Origin: Fastidiosibacter lacustris
Lineage (GTDB): Bacteria; Pseudomonadota; Gammaproteobacteria; Francisellales; Francisellaceae
Assembly (NCBI RefSeq): GCF_003428155.1
Contig: NZ_QLIR01000001.1
Span: 210,001-242,000, forward strand
Direction of reading: 5' to 3'
DNA length: 32,000 bases
The notes under the pieces are model-generated. The model was not told the DNA's origin, searched no databases, and saw nothing but the letters and a program-made list of their open reading frames with translations. Numbering within the stretch: position 1 is the stretch's first letter; each line of letters opens with the position of its first letter. This document shows, piece after piece, positions 17,376 through 27,689 of the stretch. The translations under genes were made by a program, and so were the position numbers.

Positions 17376-18266
17376 TCATTTACGAATACCACAGATAAGC
17401 GCCCATTCATCTTTAAACACTGGCTTTGACAATGTAAAATATTGACTGAAAATTTCACTTACTTCATCAACTTGCTCTTGCAAAATGCCGGATAGTGCAA
17501 GCTTGCCACCCATTTTGACATAACTTGCGATGGTAGCTGCTAGCTCAATCAAAATGCCAGCTAAAATATTAGCAATAAGTATATCAGCTGCAAGTGGCAT
17601 TGGTACATCCTGTGGCAAGCAAGGTGAAAAACCAACAACGATAGTATTTTTATCAGCGTTTGCTTTGCTTGCGATGATAGCTTGTGGATCATTGTCAATC
17701 GCAATAACCGATTTAGCACCTAGTTTTCTTGCTGCAATACCCAAAATTCCTGAGCCTGTGCCAAAGTCTATAACGCTTTCACCACCTTTTATTTCGCGAT
17801 CCAACCAGTTTAAGCACAAGGCAGTTGTTTGGTGTGTTCCTGTACCAAATGCTAGACCTGGGTCCAGTAAAACATTTATTTGATTAGGGTCGTGGCTTGG
17901 CGGTACAAACCAACTAGGATAAATCCAAAGTTTTTGACCAAATTGCATCGGTTGAAAATCGTTCATCCAAGCACGTGTCCAGTCTTGGTCAGCAAATTCA
18001 CGTACTTTGATTTCACCAATGATAAACAGTTTCAGTCGACTTTGATTGAGTTTGATAGTAACTTTATTATGATCATACTTTTCAGTAAAAAGTGCAACTA
18101 ACACTACTTCATCCCATAGTGGGTTTTCACCTACTTTTGGCTCAAGGATAGGTTGATCTTTAGCATCTTGATAGCTAATAGAGCAAGCACCTTCTTCTAT
18201 TAAAAAATTTTCTAATGTAGAAAGGTGAACTTGTAAACAAGTTAGTGAGAGTTCTTTCCAAAGCAT
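17376..18266 (-). CDS. prmA: Ribosomal protein L11 methyltransferase
   Basis: 296 aa. The N-terminus resembles E. coli PrmA (W.EL.L......L...L.E.GA.SI..QD), the SAM-binding motif VIDFGTGSGILGIAA is present, and it sits in the conserved position after accC. Confidence 0.93.
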   Translation of the reverse strand: MLWKELSLTCLQVHLSTLENFLIEEGACSISYQDAKDQPILEPKVGENPLWDEVVLVALFTEKYDHNKVTIKLNQSRLKLFIIGEIKVREFADQDWTRAWMNDFQPMQFGQKLWIYPSWFVPPSHDPNQINVLLDPGLAFGTGTHQTTALCLNWLDREIKGGESVIDFGTGSGILGIAARKLGAKSVIAIDNDPQAIIASKANADKNTIVVGFSPCLPQDVPMPLAADILIANILAGILIELAATIASYVKMGGKLALSGILQEQVDEVSEIFSQYFTLSKPVFKDEWALICGIRK

Positions 18267-18271
18267 AATAA

Positions 18272-19621
18272 TTACGCTTTCTCTTTTTCAAGCATTTTTT
18301 CGAGAAAATGAATATTGGTTCCACCATTTTGGAAGTCACGATTAGCAAGAATTTTATGGTGAAGTGGAATATTAGTTTTGATTCCGCTGATAATCATCTC
18401 TTCTAACGCACTTTGCATGCGCTGAATGGCAATATCACGAGTGCGTGCATGAACGATTACCTTTGCAATCATCGAGTCATAGTTAGGTGGCACGAAGTAT
18501 TGTGAGTAGATATGTGAGTCGACTCGAACTCCAGGACCACCAGGGGCATGATAAATTTCAATTTTTCCAGGACAAGGTAGCATTTTCTCAGGGTCTTCAG
18601 CATTAATACGGCATTCTATTGCATGCCCTGTAATTTTAATGTCTTCTTGATTGAAGCTTAATGTTCCACCTGAGGCAATGCGAATTTGCTCTTTAATCAA
18701 ATCAATATTAGTAATAGATTCAGTGACAGGATGTTCTACCTGGATACGAGTGTTCATTTCAATGAAGTAAAACTCACCATTTTCATATAGAAACTCAAAA
18801 GTACCTGCTCCACGATATTTAAGTATTGTGCATGCTTCCACGCAGCGTTGACCAATTTTTTTGCGTTGTTCATCAGTCAAACCGAGTGCTGGTGCTTCTT
18901 CAATGACTTTTTGATGTCGGCGTTGAGTTGAACAATCACGCTCAAATAAGTGAATAGCATTACCCTGCCCATCACCAAATACTTGAATTTCAATATGTCG
19001 TGGATTTTCTAAGAACTTTTCCATATAGACCATATCGTTATTAAAAGCCATTTTGGCTTCGGCTTGTGTCATTTCGATAAATTTAAGCAAGTCTTCTTTT
19101 TTACGCACAACTCGCATACCACGACCGCCACCGCCTCCAGCTGCTTTGATCATAATGGGATAACCAATTTCATCTGCCATGGCAAGGTTTTTTTGAGGGT
19201 CTTTACTAATCGGACCATTTGAGCCTGGAACGCATGGAACTCCCGCTTTTTTCATGTTTTGAATTGCAGCAACCTTGTCTCCCATGATGCGAATGCTTTC
19301 GGCACGTGGACCTATAAAAATGAAGCCGCTTTTTTCAACAGACTCAGCAAATTCGGCATTTTCAGACAAAAAGCCATAACCTGGATGTATGGCATCAGCA
19401 CCTGATAATTCAGCTGCTGCGATGATTGCTGGAATGTTTAAATAACTTTGTGTAGGGTTTGCAGGACCAATACAGATTGTTTCATCTGCAAGTTTAACGT
19501 GCATTAAATCCCGATCAGTTGTCGAATGAACCGCAACGGTTCTAATCCCAAGCTCTCGACAAGCGCGTAAAATTCTAAGTGCAATTTCGCCGCGATTGGC
19601 GATAAGGAGTTTTTTAATCAT
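18272..19621 (-). CDS. accC: Acetyl-CoA carboxylase, biotin carboxylase subunit
   Basis: 449 aa with an ATP-grasp fold and strong AccC similarity ([47 protein letters not shown]). Confidence 0.97.
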   Translation of the reverse strand: MIKKLLIANRGEIALRILRACRELGIRTVAVHSTTDRDLMHVKLADETICIGPANPTQSYLNIPAIIAAAELSGADAIHPGYGFLSENAEFAESVEKSGFIFIGPRAESIRIMGDKVAAIQNMKKAGVPCVPGSNGPISKDPQKNLAMADEIGYPIMIKAAGGGGGRGMRVVRKKEDLLKFIEMTQAEAKMAFNNDMVYMEKFLENPRHIEIQVFGDGQGNAIHLFERDCSTQRRHQKVIEEAPALGLTDEQRKKIGQRCVEACTILKYRGAGTFEFLYENGEFYFIEMNTRIQVEHPVTESITNIDLIKEQIRIASGGTLSFNQEDIKITGHAIECRINAEDPEKMLPCPGKIEIYHAPGGPGVRVDSHIYSQYFVPPNYDSMIAKVIVHARTRDIAIQRMQSALEEMIISGIKTNIPLHHKILANRDFQNGGTNIHFLEKMLEKEKA

Positions 19622-19731
19622 ATGAGACCTATTTATTTCTATTTATCTTATCGATATGAAGTAATTTATAAGTTTCTTAATTTTTATTGAGCTTTAAGCT
19701 TCAAGGTTTTAATAATAAAAAATAAGTTTAC

Positions 19732-20208
19732 TTAGCCAATAACAAACAATGGTTGGTCGTATTCAACCGGTGTGCCATCACTCACGAAAATCTTAAGTAC
19801 CGTGCCAGTTATTTCCGCTTCAATTTGATTCATAATTTTCATCGCTTCAATGATACAAAGGGTATCCCCTTTTTTAACTGTTTGTCCTTCGGTGACAAAT
19901 GGCGCAGCACCTGGCGAAGGGGATTGATAGAAAGTTCCCACCATCGGTGATTTAACTTGATGTCCTTGTGGTATGCTTGGTGCTGTTTGAGTGGATTGTT
20001 TAGCCACTTTTTCTTCTAAAGTAGTTGGAGTAGTTTGCACCGTTGGAGTTTGATGAATAATTTGTGGAGACATTGTGTGCATAGCAATATGATGATGTGG
20101 CTGAATGCCAGTGATACGGATCGAAGTTTCACCCTCTTTAATTTCAATTTCGTTCACGTTTGATTTTTCAATAAGTGCGATTAGCTGTTCTATTTTTTTA
20201 ATATCCAT
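19732..20208 (-). CDS. accB: Acetyl-CoA carboxylase, biotin carboxyl carrier protein
   Basis: 158 aa with a Pro/Thr/Gln-rich linker and a C-terminal biotinyl domain carrying the EAMKIMN biotinylation motif. Confidence 0.95.
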   Translation of the reverse strand: MDIKKIEQLIALIEKSNVNEIEIKEGETSIRITGIQPHHHIAMHTMSPQIIHQTPTVQTTPTTLEEKVAKQSTQTAPSIPQGHQVKSPMVGTFYQSPSPGAAPFVTEGQTVKKGDTLCIIEAMKIMNQIEAEITGTVLKIFVSDGTPVEYDQPLFVIG

Positions 20209-20352
20209 TTGTGTTAATTAACCTTTTCTTTTAATGATAATTAAACTTTTCCAGCCCAGTATTGTTACGATAAAAGCATAAAATGTCACGCGTTTGTTTT
20301 GCTTTTTAGATGAGATTATCACATACCAGGATGACCTTACTTGAGTTAACTT

Positions 20353-20799
20353 CTAAATGCAATTATGTTGACAGTAGTCGATGGCAGCAATCATGGCTAG
20401 CTCATAACCTTGAGCACCCATCCCTGATATGACACCATAAGCAATGTCTGAGAGATAAGAATGATGGCGAAAAAGTTCGCGTTTATAAAGATTTGATAAA
20501 TGTATTTCAATAAATGGGATATGAATCGCTAACAGTGCATCTCGAATAGCAACACTGGTATGTGTATAAGCAGCTGGATTGATGATGATAAAATGAACGT
20601 TACCTTGAGCTTGTTGGATTTGATCAACGATTTCACCTTCATGGTTGGATTGAAAACAAATACAATTCATTTTTTTCTCTTCTGTTAAAGAGCTAAGTTT
20701 TTGATTAATACTATTTAATGTTGCAGTGCCATATACATCCGTTTCACGTTGACCAAGTAAATTTAGGTTTGGTCCATGAATTACAAGAATTTTTGCCAT
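20353..20799 (-). CDS. aroQ: 3-dehydroquinate dehydratase, type II
   Basis: 148 aa with the type II DHQase signature ([47 protein letters not shown]). The ATG lies 1 nt after the apaH stop, with the SD AAGGAAAA inside the apaH 3' end. Confidence 0.95.
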   Translation of the reverse strand: MAKILVIHGPNLNLLGQRETDVYGTATLNSINQKLSSLTEEKKMNCICFQSNHEGEIVDQIQQAQGNVHFIIINPAAYTHTSVAIRDALLAIHIPFIEIHLSNLYKRELFRHHSYLSDIAYGVISGMGAQGYELAMIAAIDYCQHNCI

Positions 20800-20800
20800 T

Positions 20801-21631
20801 TTAATGATTTTCCTTAATTAAGTTCATTGCATCGACGCGATAAAACTCTTTGTTATCTATACAATAAGCACTCAACTGTCCACCCCAAACACAGCCAGTA
20901 TCAAGGTTAATACATCTGGGATTATTAGTTTTACCGTTAAGTGCTGCCCAGTGACCAAAAATCAGTATATATTCACTATCGATTTTAGGGTTAGGAAAAT
21001 TAAACCAAGCATCAAAACCATTTGGCTTTTGCATAAGCTCACCCTTAAAATTTAAATCTAAGCGACCCTCAGCATTACATAAACGCATGCGAGTAAAATA
21101 ATTTGCAATACAACGCCAGCGATTAATTCCTTCAAGCTCATTGTTCCACTGATTAGGTTCATTACCAAATAAGTTACTCATAAAGTGCTGAAAGCACATG
21201 TCGGTTTGTAGTACAAATTCAAGCTCTAGCGCTAAGTGTTTGGCTTTTTTCAACGACCAGATGGGTGGAATCCCAGCATGGGTAACAATATGTTTTTTAT
21301 GTGAGTATAAAAAACGTTGATGACGTAGCCATTTCATTAATTCGTCTTTGTCAGGAGCATTTAATATTTGCTGTAAAGTATCTTTTTTGCCTAGGGGTAA
21401 ATAACCAAAAGCTACAGCTAGAAGGTAAAGGTCATGGTTGCCAAGTATAACTTTGGCGGATTTAGCAAAAGATTTCACAAGACGCAGCACTTCTAAAGAC
21501 TTAGGACCACGATTAACTAAATCGCCAGCGAAAATCAGTTTATCTTGTTTAGGATTAAATTTAATCTTTTGCAACAGTGCACAAAGCTCATCGTAACAAC
21601 CTTGAACGTCTCCAATTAGATAACTTGGCAT
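20801..21631 (-). CDS. apaH: Bis(5'-nucleosyl)-tetraphosphatase, symmetrical
   Basis: 276 aa with metallophosphatase motifs ([22 protein letters not shown], and GH further on). The start overlaps the rsmA 3' end by 16 nt. Confidence 0.93.
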   Translation of the reverse strand: MPSYLIGDVQGCYDELCALLQKIKFNPKQDKLIFAGDLVNRGPKSLEVLRLVKSFAKSAKVILGNHDLYLLAVAFGYLPLGKKDTLQQILNAPDKDELMKWLRHQRFLYSHKKHIVTHAGIPPIWSLKKAKHLALELEFVLQTDMCFQHFMSNLFGNEPNQWNNELEGINRWRCIANYFTRMRLCNAEGRLDLNFKGELMQKPNGFDAWFNFPNPKIDSEYILIFGHWAALNGKTNNPRCINLDTGCVWGGQLSAYCIDNKEFYRVDAMNLIKENH

Positions 21632-22407
21632 GAGTGTGCTCCGATATAATTACTTAGCATGACAAAATCACTGACACTGAGGTTTTCAGGGCGCAGGCTC
21701 ACATCAATTGGTAAGCTTTGCATTTTTTCACGGCATACAAGAACCTTTAAAGTATTGCGTAGTGTTTTGCGGCGCATTTGAAAAGTTTGTTTTACGATTT
21801 CTGAAAACAGTTGATAATTCTTTGCAATGATGGGTGGTTTAACATAAGGAGTAAGGCGTAAAATACGTGATTCAACTTTTGGCTTTGGATGAAATGCGTG
21901 TGCAGGTACATCAAATAATCCTTCACATTTAAAATGGTACTGTAGCATGACGCTCAAGCGACCGTAGTTTTTTTCAGATGGATAGGCAACGATACGATCA
22001 ACAACTTCTTTTTGTAGCATAAAGTGCATATCTTTGAAAAATTGCGCATAATCAATCAAGTGAAAAAGGAGTGGGGAGGAGATGTTGTAAGGCAAGTTGC
22101 CAATGAGTTTGATTTTTTGTCCTTGGTAAAAATCATTAAAGTTAACGGTTAAAACATCTTGTTGGCGAATGTTTAATTTACCATAGGCTGCACACGCTGC
22201 TTTTAATGGTAATACTACATCCGTATCAAACTCTATGACTTGAATTTCTTTGGTAATAGCTAAAATATGTCTTGTTAGTGCACCAAGACCCGGACCAATT
22301 TCAATAACTTGATCCTTTTCTGTAATATGTGCTTGGTGAATAATGTTGGCAATAATCTGTTCATCCTGTAAGAAATTTTGACCCAATGATTTTTTTGCCT
22401 TGTGCAT
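21616..22407 (-). CDS. rsmA: 16S rRNA (adenine1518/1519-N6)-dimethyltransferase
   Basis: 263 aa with the KsgA signature (KKSLGQNFL, EIGPGLGALT, GNLPYNISSP). Confidence 0.95.
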   Translation of the reverse strand: MHKAKKSLGQNFLQDEQIIANIIHQAHITEKDQVIEIGPGLGALTRHILAITKEIQVIEFDTDVVLPLKAACAAYGKLNIRQQDVLTVNFNDFYQGQKIKLIGNLPYNISSPLLFHLIDYAQFFKDMHFMLQKEVVDRIVAYPSEKNYGRLSVMLQYHFKCEGLFDVPAHAFHPKPKVESRILRLTPYVKPPIIAKNYQLFSEIVKQTFQMRRKTLRNTLKVLVCREKMQSLPIDVSLRPENLSVSDFVMLSNYIGAHSCQVI

Positions 22408-22409
22408 GC

Positions 22410-23798
22410 TTACTCCTCAGGGAGATTTAGATTATGCTCTACGATTTCAACATAAGCACTATCGCGCAAGGACAGTATCCAAGTTTTAAGCGCTTGTTGT
22501 GCATTTTCGTTAAAAAGCGCCATCATGGCTTGTTCTTTTCGATAGGCTTCAGTGTCATCCTCTTTACGTTCACCTAAAACTTCAATAATTTGCCAGCTAT
22601 TATTGACCTTAAAAGGCTGGGATACTTTATTGACTGTGGCATTTTTGACGGCTTGTGCAAAAGCAGGTGCTTGAGTACTTAAGCTTATCCAGCCCATATC
22701 ACCGCCTTGTTCTATATTATTAGTTGCATCTGAGTTTGCTTTTGCTAGATCAGCAAAAGATTGACCATTGTCTATAGCATTTAGTATACGTATAAGCTTT
22801 GCTTTGGCCTCATTGTCATTGACAACAGGTGATAGATTGATCACGATTTGTTTGACGTGATATTTTTCGATAAAATGCTTAGCATTGTCAGGTACTCTAC
22901 TGTCAATAAGCTTTATAATTTGCACACTACCATTGGCAATAAATGGTTGACTAATTTCTCCCTTTTGAAGTGTTTCTACTTTATCTCTATAAATCACAGG
23001 TAATTCGTTTAGCGTTTTCCAGCCAAGTTCACCACCGCTGTTTGCATTCCCTGCTTGTGAATATTTTTTAGCTGCTTCACTAAAGCTCATTTTCCCTTCA
23101 ATAATAGATTGAACGATTTTGTTGGCTTGAATAATAATATGATCTTCATCTTGTGAGGTTCGATTATCAAGCGAGGACAAGACAATATTTTGCACGTCAT
23201 ATTCTGTTTGGTGGTTATTAAAATGCTTTTTGATATATTTATCTATTTCAGTTGGTGAAATGTAGAGCTTGTTTGCAATAGCTCGTTGTTGGAGTTTATT
23301 AATGATCAATTGATCTTTTACGGTTTGATAATAGTCGCTAAAGGCAAGGTGTGCATCTTTTAACTTTTGTTTTAATTGTTCCATTGTAATGCCATTTTGC
23401 ATCGTAACTTCGGCAATTGATGTGTTAACTTCATCGTCCGTTACCATAATGCCTTGCCTTTTTGCCATTTGTAAGGCAATGGTTTGGTTAATAAGCTGTT
23501 GCAGAACCTGCCTTTGTAAGTTTAATTGATCTGGGATCTGCACATTTGGGTTGCCCTCTAATTGTGCCTTCGTTTTTGCAACTTCGATGTTTAGTTGGTC
23601 AAGTGTGATTGCTTGATCATTAACAATCGCAACGATTTTGTTGATTAAATGCTTGCCTTTTATGGGGTGTTTTGTAGCTGGGTCTGTTTGTAAATTAGTT
23701 TTTTGTAATAAAGTAGGTGGTGTGTCTGCAAATGTGTACGTGCTTAAAACTAAGCTACTTGTACATAAAACTAACTTTAATGTGGAACGTAAGTGCAT
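22410..23798 (-). CDS. surA: Periplasmic chaperone / peptidyl-prolyl isomerase SurA
   Basis: 462 aa with a signal peptide, an N-terminal SurA chaperone domain (INKIVAIVNDQAIT) and two parvulin-like segments (GGELGW, GGDMGW). It sits in the conserved position between lptD and rsmA. Confidence 0.9.
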   Translation of the reverse strand: MHLRSTLKLVLCTSSLVLSTYTFADTPPTLLQKTNLQTDPATKHPIKGKHLINKIVAIVNDQAITLDQLNIEVAKTKAQLEGNPNVQIPDQLNLQRQVLQQLINQTIALQMAKRQGIMVTDDEVNTSIAEVTMQNGITMEQLKQKLKDAHLAFSDYYQTVKDQLIINKLQQRAIANKLYISPTEIDKYIKKHFNNHQTEYDVQNIVLSSLDNRTSQDEDHIIIQANKIVQSIIEGKMSFSEAAKKYSQAGNANSGGELGWKTLNELPVIYRDKVETLQKGEISQPFIANGSVQIIKLIDSRVPDNAKHFIEKYHVKQIVINLSPVVNDNEAKAKLIRILNAIDNGQSFADLAKANSDATNNIEQGGDMGWISLSTQAPAFAQAVKNATVNKVSQPFKVNNSWQIIEVLGERKEDDTEAYRKEQAMMALFNENAQQALKTWILSLRDSAYVEIVEHNLNLPEE

Positions 23799-23874
23799 GA
23801 AATAGATTAGCTCAAGTTAATTAGTGAGGGCATTATATACTACTCACTAAGGTATTGAATAGCTTTTCTAGCCT

Positions 23875-26496
23875 TTAGTTAAATCCAGCTTTTGGTGTAT
23901 AGCCTGGAATCATAGTGAGCCTTTGATCAAGTGAACTTTCGCTAGTACCACCTAGCCCTTTTAGCTCAAATTGAATAATGAAAGCATTGGTTAAAGGTCC
24001 TGTAATTTGAGAGGGATTGTTTGGATCACTAGATGAATTGACATATCTTTGTGCTAAGAAGCGAATTGCCCAACTGCAGGCATCATATTGAATGCCAGCA
24101 AACATGTTAGTCGTATGGCGTGAATTAAACGCATAACTCCACAATCCTGTGATTGACCAATGAGGATTGAGTTTCCAGATAGTGGAAAAAGTAATTTGTG
24201 ATAGTGAGTCAGGTAAACTACCTGCTTGAATTTGCTCTGGTGTGAGTGCTGCATAGTTATTTTTAATATTTTGGTAACCAATGTTAAAAATATGACTTTC
24301 GTTTGGTATATATTGTATTTGATAGGTTTGTAAGTCTATATTGTTGTTTTGTGGATTATAAGTTGCATTGGTCATGAGTTGCCAATGTGGCAGAAACCGA
24401 TAATTAAAAAATGCAGCTATATCAGAGGTGTTTGTGTTATAAAATGGGATTTTTGAGCTTGGGTTGGCACAATTAGCATTTGTACCTGAGCATAATGATA
24501 CTTCACGATTCGCAAAATAAATAATTTGTCCAATTCCAGCGCTTAAAACATTTACACCAGTTTCTTGGTGATTGACAGATGTTTCTAAAGCATATGCGAG
24601 TTGGTTAGCATTATTAATTCGGTCAATACCAGTAAAAACGTTTGTCTGAAACAATGAAGTATAAGAGAAATTATTTAAAGAAGTGTCAAACAGTGGAATG
24701 TTACTTTGGTTTTGATAGGGGATATAGGTGTAAAAGAGTCTAGGTTCTAAGGTTTGAGTGTAGTTGTGCTGATTAAAACTAAAATTATGATCAAAGTATA
24801 ATCCTGTATCAATATTAATAATCGGAAGGCTGCGAATGATGTTTTGATCAGGATATTGGTTTTGGCTAAAATTAGGCGCAGTTGCAGCATTTCTGCTTTG
24901 TAAGCTATAAGCAGTTTCAGATAGGGTTATAGATGGGATAAAAAATCCCCAGTTTTTTTGAAAAGGAAAGCTGAGTTTTGGTGCACTGTAGTAACGTTGT
25001 CCTTGAACTTGGGATACATTATTTAAACCCGGTTTATAAAAATAAGTAAATTGGTTATTCCACTCAAAGTTCATATGAGGTAATAAGCTTGGGTAACTCA
25101 CATTAACATTGATTTGCGGCATCATCCAATAAGGTCGGTTGGCAAGATATATGGTATCATCAATTACATCATAAGATTGAACGATTGCATTGATATTCCA
25201 GTTTTCATCGTTATAGTTTAGTTGTGCTTGTCTATTCAATAAAGTTTGTGTTGATAAACCCATATTGTCACTATCAAAATCATTATAAAAATCTTTATCA
25301 CCCACATATTGATAATTAAAATAGCTTGACCAATTCCTACCATACTGACCATTATCTGTAATAGAAAGCGCTTTACGATCAGTGTTAGCAATGCGATCAT
25401 GTGGCATGTATTGCATATCTAAACTACCATTGTGCGTTTGAGTTAAATAACGAAAGTTGCTACCGATTAAAACGCCTTTATGATTATAGATGGTTGGTGT
25501 TAATAACAGATCATAATTAGGTGCCGTGTTCCAGTAAAAGGGCGTAGAAAGGTAATAATCTGAGTTGCTGTTATAGCCGGCAGTAGGATATAAAAATCCG
25601 CTGCGTCGGCGATTGTCAATTGGAAAAGTCATATAAGGCCAGTATAAAATTGGTATGTCTTTGGCGTAAAATAAAGTGTTATATGCAGTCCCTAGTCCTG
25701 ATTCTCGGTCTAAATCAAGTGTTGTTGCACTGAGTATCCAATCATTGCCATAAGGGCTATCAGTGGTATAAGTAGCATTTTTTAAAGTATAATTTGTTTT
25801 GCTATTTTGAATGATCTTATCAGCATGACCGTGAGCAAAACCTGTGAAGTTATTTTCTTTTTCTATTACCTCATCAGAAGCTAAATTTGCCATTGAGCCA
25901 CTTGGTTTTTGGCGTACACGAATAAGGTAATAAGTATCATCTAAGGTTGCTGTGTTATTGGTAATATTTGCATTACCTTGAGAGCCAATGGCAAGCTGTC
26001 CAGGTTGACTTAAATTAACATTACCAGTAAGGCTGACATTACTGATTTTTTTATCTTCATTTTGTGTTAAAACGGCTTTATCTGCTGAGAGATATTGGTT
26101 TCCTTTTCTAACTTCAACCGCGCCTTCAGCAGTAATCGTACCACTTTGGGCATATTGATATTGTTGAGCGTTGATCTTTGCTTCATTAGAAGGACCTTTG
26201 ATAATCGGATATTGATAATAATAACCCCCACAAATATTATTTAGGTCCGTTGACGGTAACCAGCCTAAAGCATCAGCAATAATCTGCTTTTTTTCTTTAG
26301 GTAAGATATTTTTTTTAAATAAATCAGCATTGTTATTGTTGGTTTGGACACATTTCCAAGTATCTCCATTTGCTGTACATTGCCATGATTTTTGTAGTGG
26401 GTTTTCAATGGTGATCTTGCTGCTACCCATAGTAGGGAGCGTGCAAATTATCGCTAAGGGTAAAACCTTTTTATGTAACTTTATTGTTTTTTTCAT
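23875..26496 (-). CDS. lptD: LPS-assembly outer membrane protein LptD
   Basis: 873 aa with a signal peptide and an OstA-like N-terminal beta-jellyroll (ITAEGAVEVRKGNQYLSADKAVL). The large C-terminal barrel is rich in aromatic and Asn/Gln residues. It sits in the conserved position upstream of surA. Confidence 0.92.
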   Translation of the reverse strand: MKKTIKLHKKVLPLAIICTLPTMGSSKITIENPLQKSWQCTANGDTWKCVQTNNNNADLFKKNILPKEKKQIIADALGWLPSTDLNNICGGYYYQYPIIKGPSNEAKINAQQYQYAQSGTITAEGAVEVRKGNQYLSADKAVLTQNEDKKISNVSLTGNVNLSQPGQLAIGSQGNANITNNTATLDDTYYLIRVRQKPSGSMANLASDEVIEKENNFTGFAHGHADKIIQNSKTNYTLKNATYTTDSPYGNDWILSATTLDLDRESGLGTAYNTLFYAKDIPILYWPYMTFPIDNRRRSGFLYPTAGYNSNSDYYLSTPFYWNTAPNYDLLLTPTIYNHKGVLIGSNFRYLTQTHNGSLDMQYMPHDRIANTDRKALSITDNGQYGRNWSSYFNYQYVGDKDFYNDFDSDNMGLSTQTLLNRQAQLNYNDENWNINAIVQSYDVIDDTIYLANRPYWMMPQINVNVSYPSLLPHMNFEWNNQFTYFYKPGLNNVSQVQGQRYYSAPKLSFPFQKNWGFFIPSITLSETAYSLQSRNAATAPNFSQNQYPDQNIIRSLPIINIDTGLYFDHNFSFNQHNYTQTLEPRLFYTYIPYQNQSNIPLFDTSLNNFSYTSLFQTNVFTGIDRINNANQLAYALETSVNHQETGVNVLSAGIGQIIYFANREVSLCSGTNANCANPSSKIPFYNTNTSDIAAFFNYRFLPHWQLMTNATYNPQNNNIDLQTYQIQYIPNESHIFNIGYQNIKNNYAALTPEQIQAGSLPDSLSQITFSTIWKLNPHWSITGLWSYAFNSRHTTNMFAGIQYDACSWAIRFLAQRYVNSSSDPNNPSQITGPLTNAFIIQFELKGLGGTSESSLDQRLTMIPGYTPKAGFN

Positions 26497-26601
26497 TGAT
26501 TAAATATTATCCTTTTGCTCATTTGTCAGGATTTCTAGGTTTCTTTGAGCCAAAACTACTGCTATTCTATCGCGTTGTTGATATATTTCTAGGAAAAAGT
26601 C

Positions 26602-27666
26602 GTGCAATCGAGATTTTTACAGATCATAGAGTGGTTAGAAGTACTTTTCCCAAAAGTGGAACCAACTTTAATTCCTATTATTGGTGACGCAAGCTTTCGC
26701 CAGTATTATCGCGTTGAGATTCAAGCTAAAAGCTATGTTGTCATGGATGCCCCTCTTGATCGAGAAAAACCAGATGCTTTTTTTCGAGTGGCACGTCTTT
26801 TAAGATATTTCAATTTGAATGCACCGCAATGTTATGCCTATCATCAAGAAGGTGGTTTTTTACTATTAGACGATTTTGGAGATATTCAGTTTTATGATGT
26901 ACTTTACAAAGTGCATTCACATTCACTGTCATTTTACCAAGATGTATTGACGCTTATTCCTAAATTCTGGCAAATCGAGAAAAGCTTGTTTCCTAACTAT
27001 GAGAAAACGAAATTCAAGAGCGAGTTAGATGTCATGAAAATTTGGTTTTGGCAGTGGCTGGCTTTGGATGAGCAAACGCTAAAGCAACTAGAACGTCCTT
27101 ATGAAAAATTACAAAAAATGTTAGTTGATTATGCCATAATACAACCAACAGTCTTTGTTTATCGTGATTTTCACAGTAAAAATATTATGTATATGGATAA
27201 AAAATTAGGTTTGATTGATTTTCAAGATGCCGTAAATGGTCCGATAACCTATGATTTGGTTTCAATATTAAAAGACTGCTACGTTAGTTTGCCACAGAGT
27301 TTTATTGATGAAGCGCTAGCGAGTTTTTATTATCAAGCAAAGCGTGATAAAAGGTTAGCAGAGGAAGTTTCTTATGCAACATTTATTAAGTGGTTTGATT
27401 GGATGGGGTTGCAGAGGCATTTGAAGTGCTTGGGCATTTTTACACGTCAAGATTTGCAGCATAAGAGGGAAAATTATCTGATTTATCTGCCGCGAGTAAT
27501 ACTTTATGTGAATGAGGTTTTAGTAAAATACCCAGAGCTTAACTTTTTTTATGAAGATTGGCAGCGTTACGTTTTACCTGTGTATTATGAAAAAGTTGTG
27601 GCACTCAGTAATAGAGTAGTAAACCCGATTAAATTTGATGATACAAATAGCATATTAACATATTAA
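26602..27666 (+). CDS. amgK: Aminoglycoside-phosphotransferase-fold kinase, AmgK-like (anomeric MurNAc/GlcNAc kinase family)
   Basis: 354 aa with GTG start and an AGGAAA SD. Kinase motifs are GDASFRQYYRV, YRDFHSKNIM and LIDFQDAVNGPITYDLVSILKD. It is divergent from lptD, as amgK is in Pseudomonas. The function is assigned by family and synteny only. Confidence 0.7.
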   Translation: MQSRFLQIIEWLEVLFPKVEPTLIPIIGDASFRQYYRVEIQAKSYVVMDAPLDREKPDAFFRVARLLRYFNLNAPQCYAYHQEGGFLLLDDFGDIQFYDVLYKVHSHSLSFYQDVLTLIPKFWQIEKSLFPNYEKTKFKSELDVMKIWFWQWLALDEQTLKQLERPYEKLQKMLVDYAIIQPTVFVYRDFHSKNIMYMDKKLGLIDFQDAVNGPITYDLVSILKDCYVSLPQSFIDEALASFYYQAKRDKRLAEEVSYATFIKWFDWMGLQRHLKCLGIFTRQDLQHKRENYLIYLPRVILYVNEVLVKYPELNFFYEDWQRYVLPVYYEKVVALSNRVVNPIKFDDTNSILTY

Positions 27667-27689
27667 GTTAAAAGGTAGAGTATATAATT

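Noticed and set aside
26484-26687. 67-aa ORF spanning the lptD/amgK divergent region.
   Set aside because: It overlaps the lptD start on the opposite strand and the amgK-like 5' end out of frame. It has no SD, and the region is better explained as promoter DNA plus the GTG-start kinase gene.
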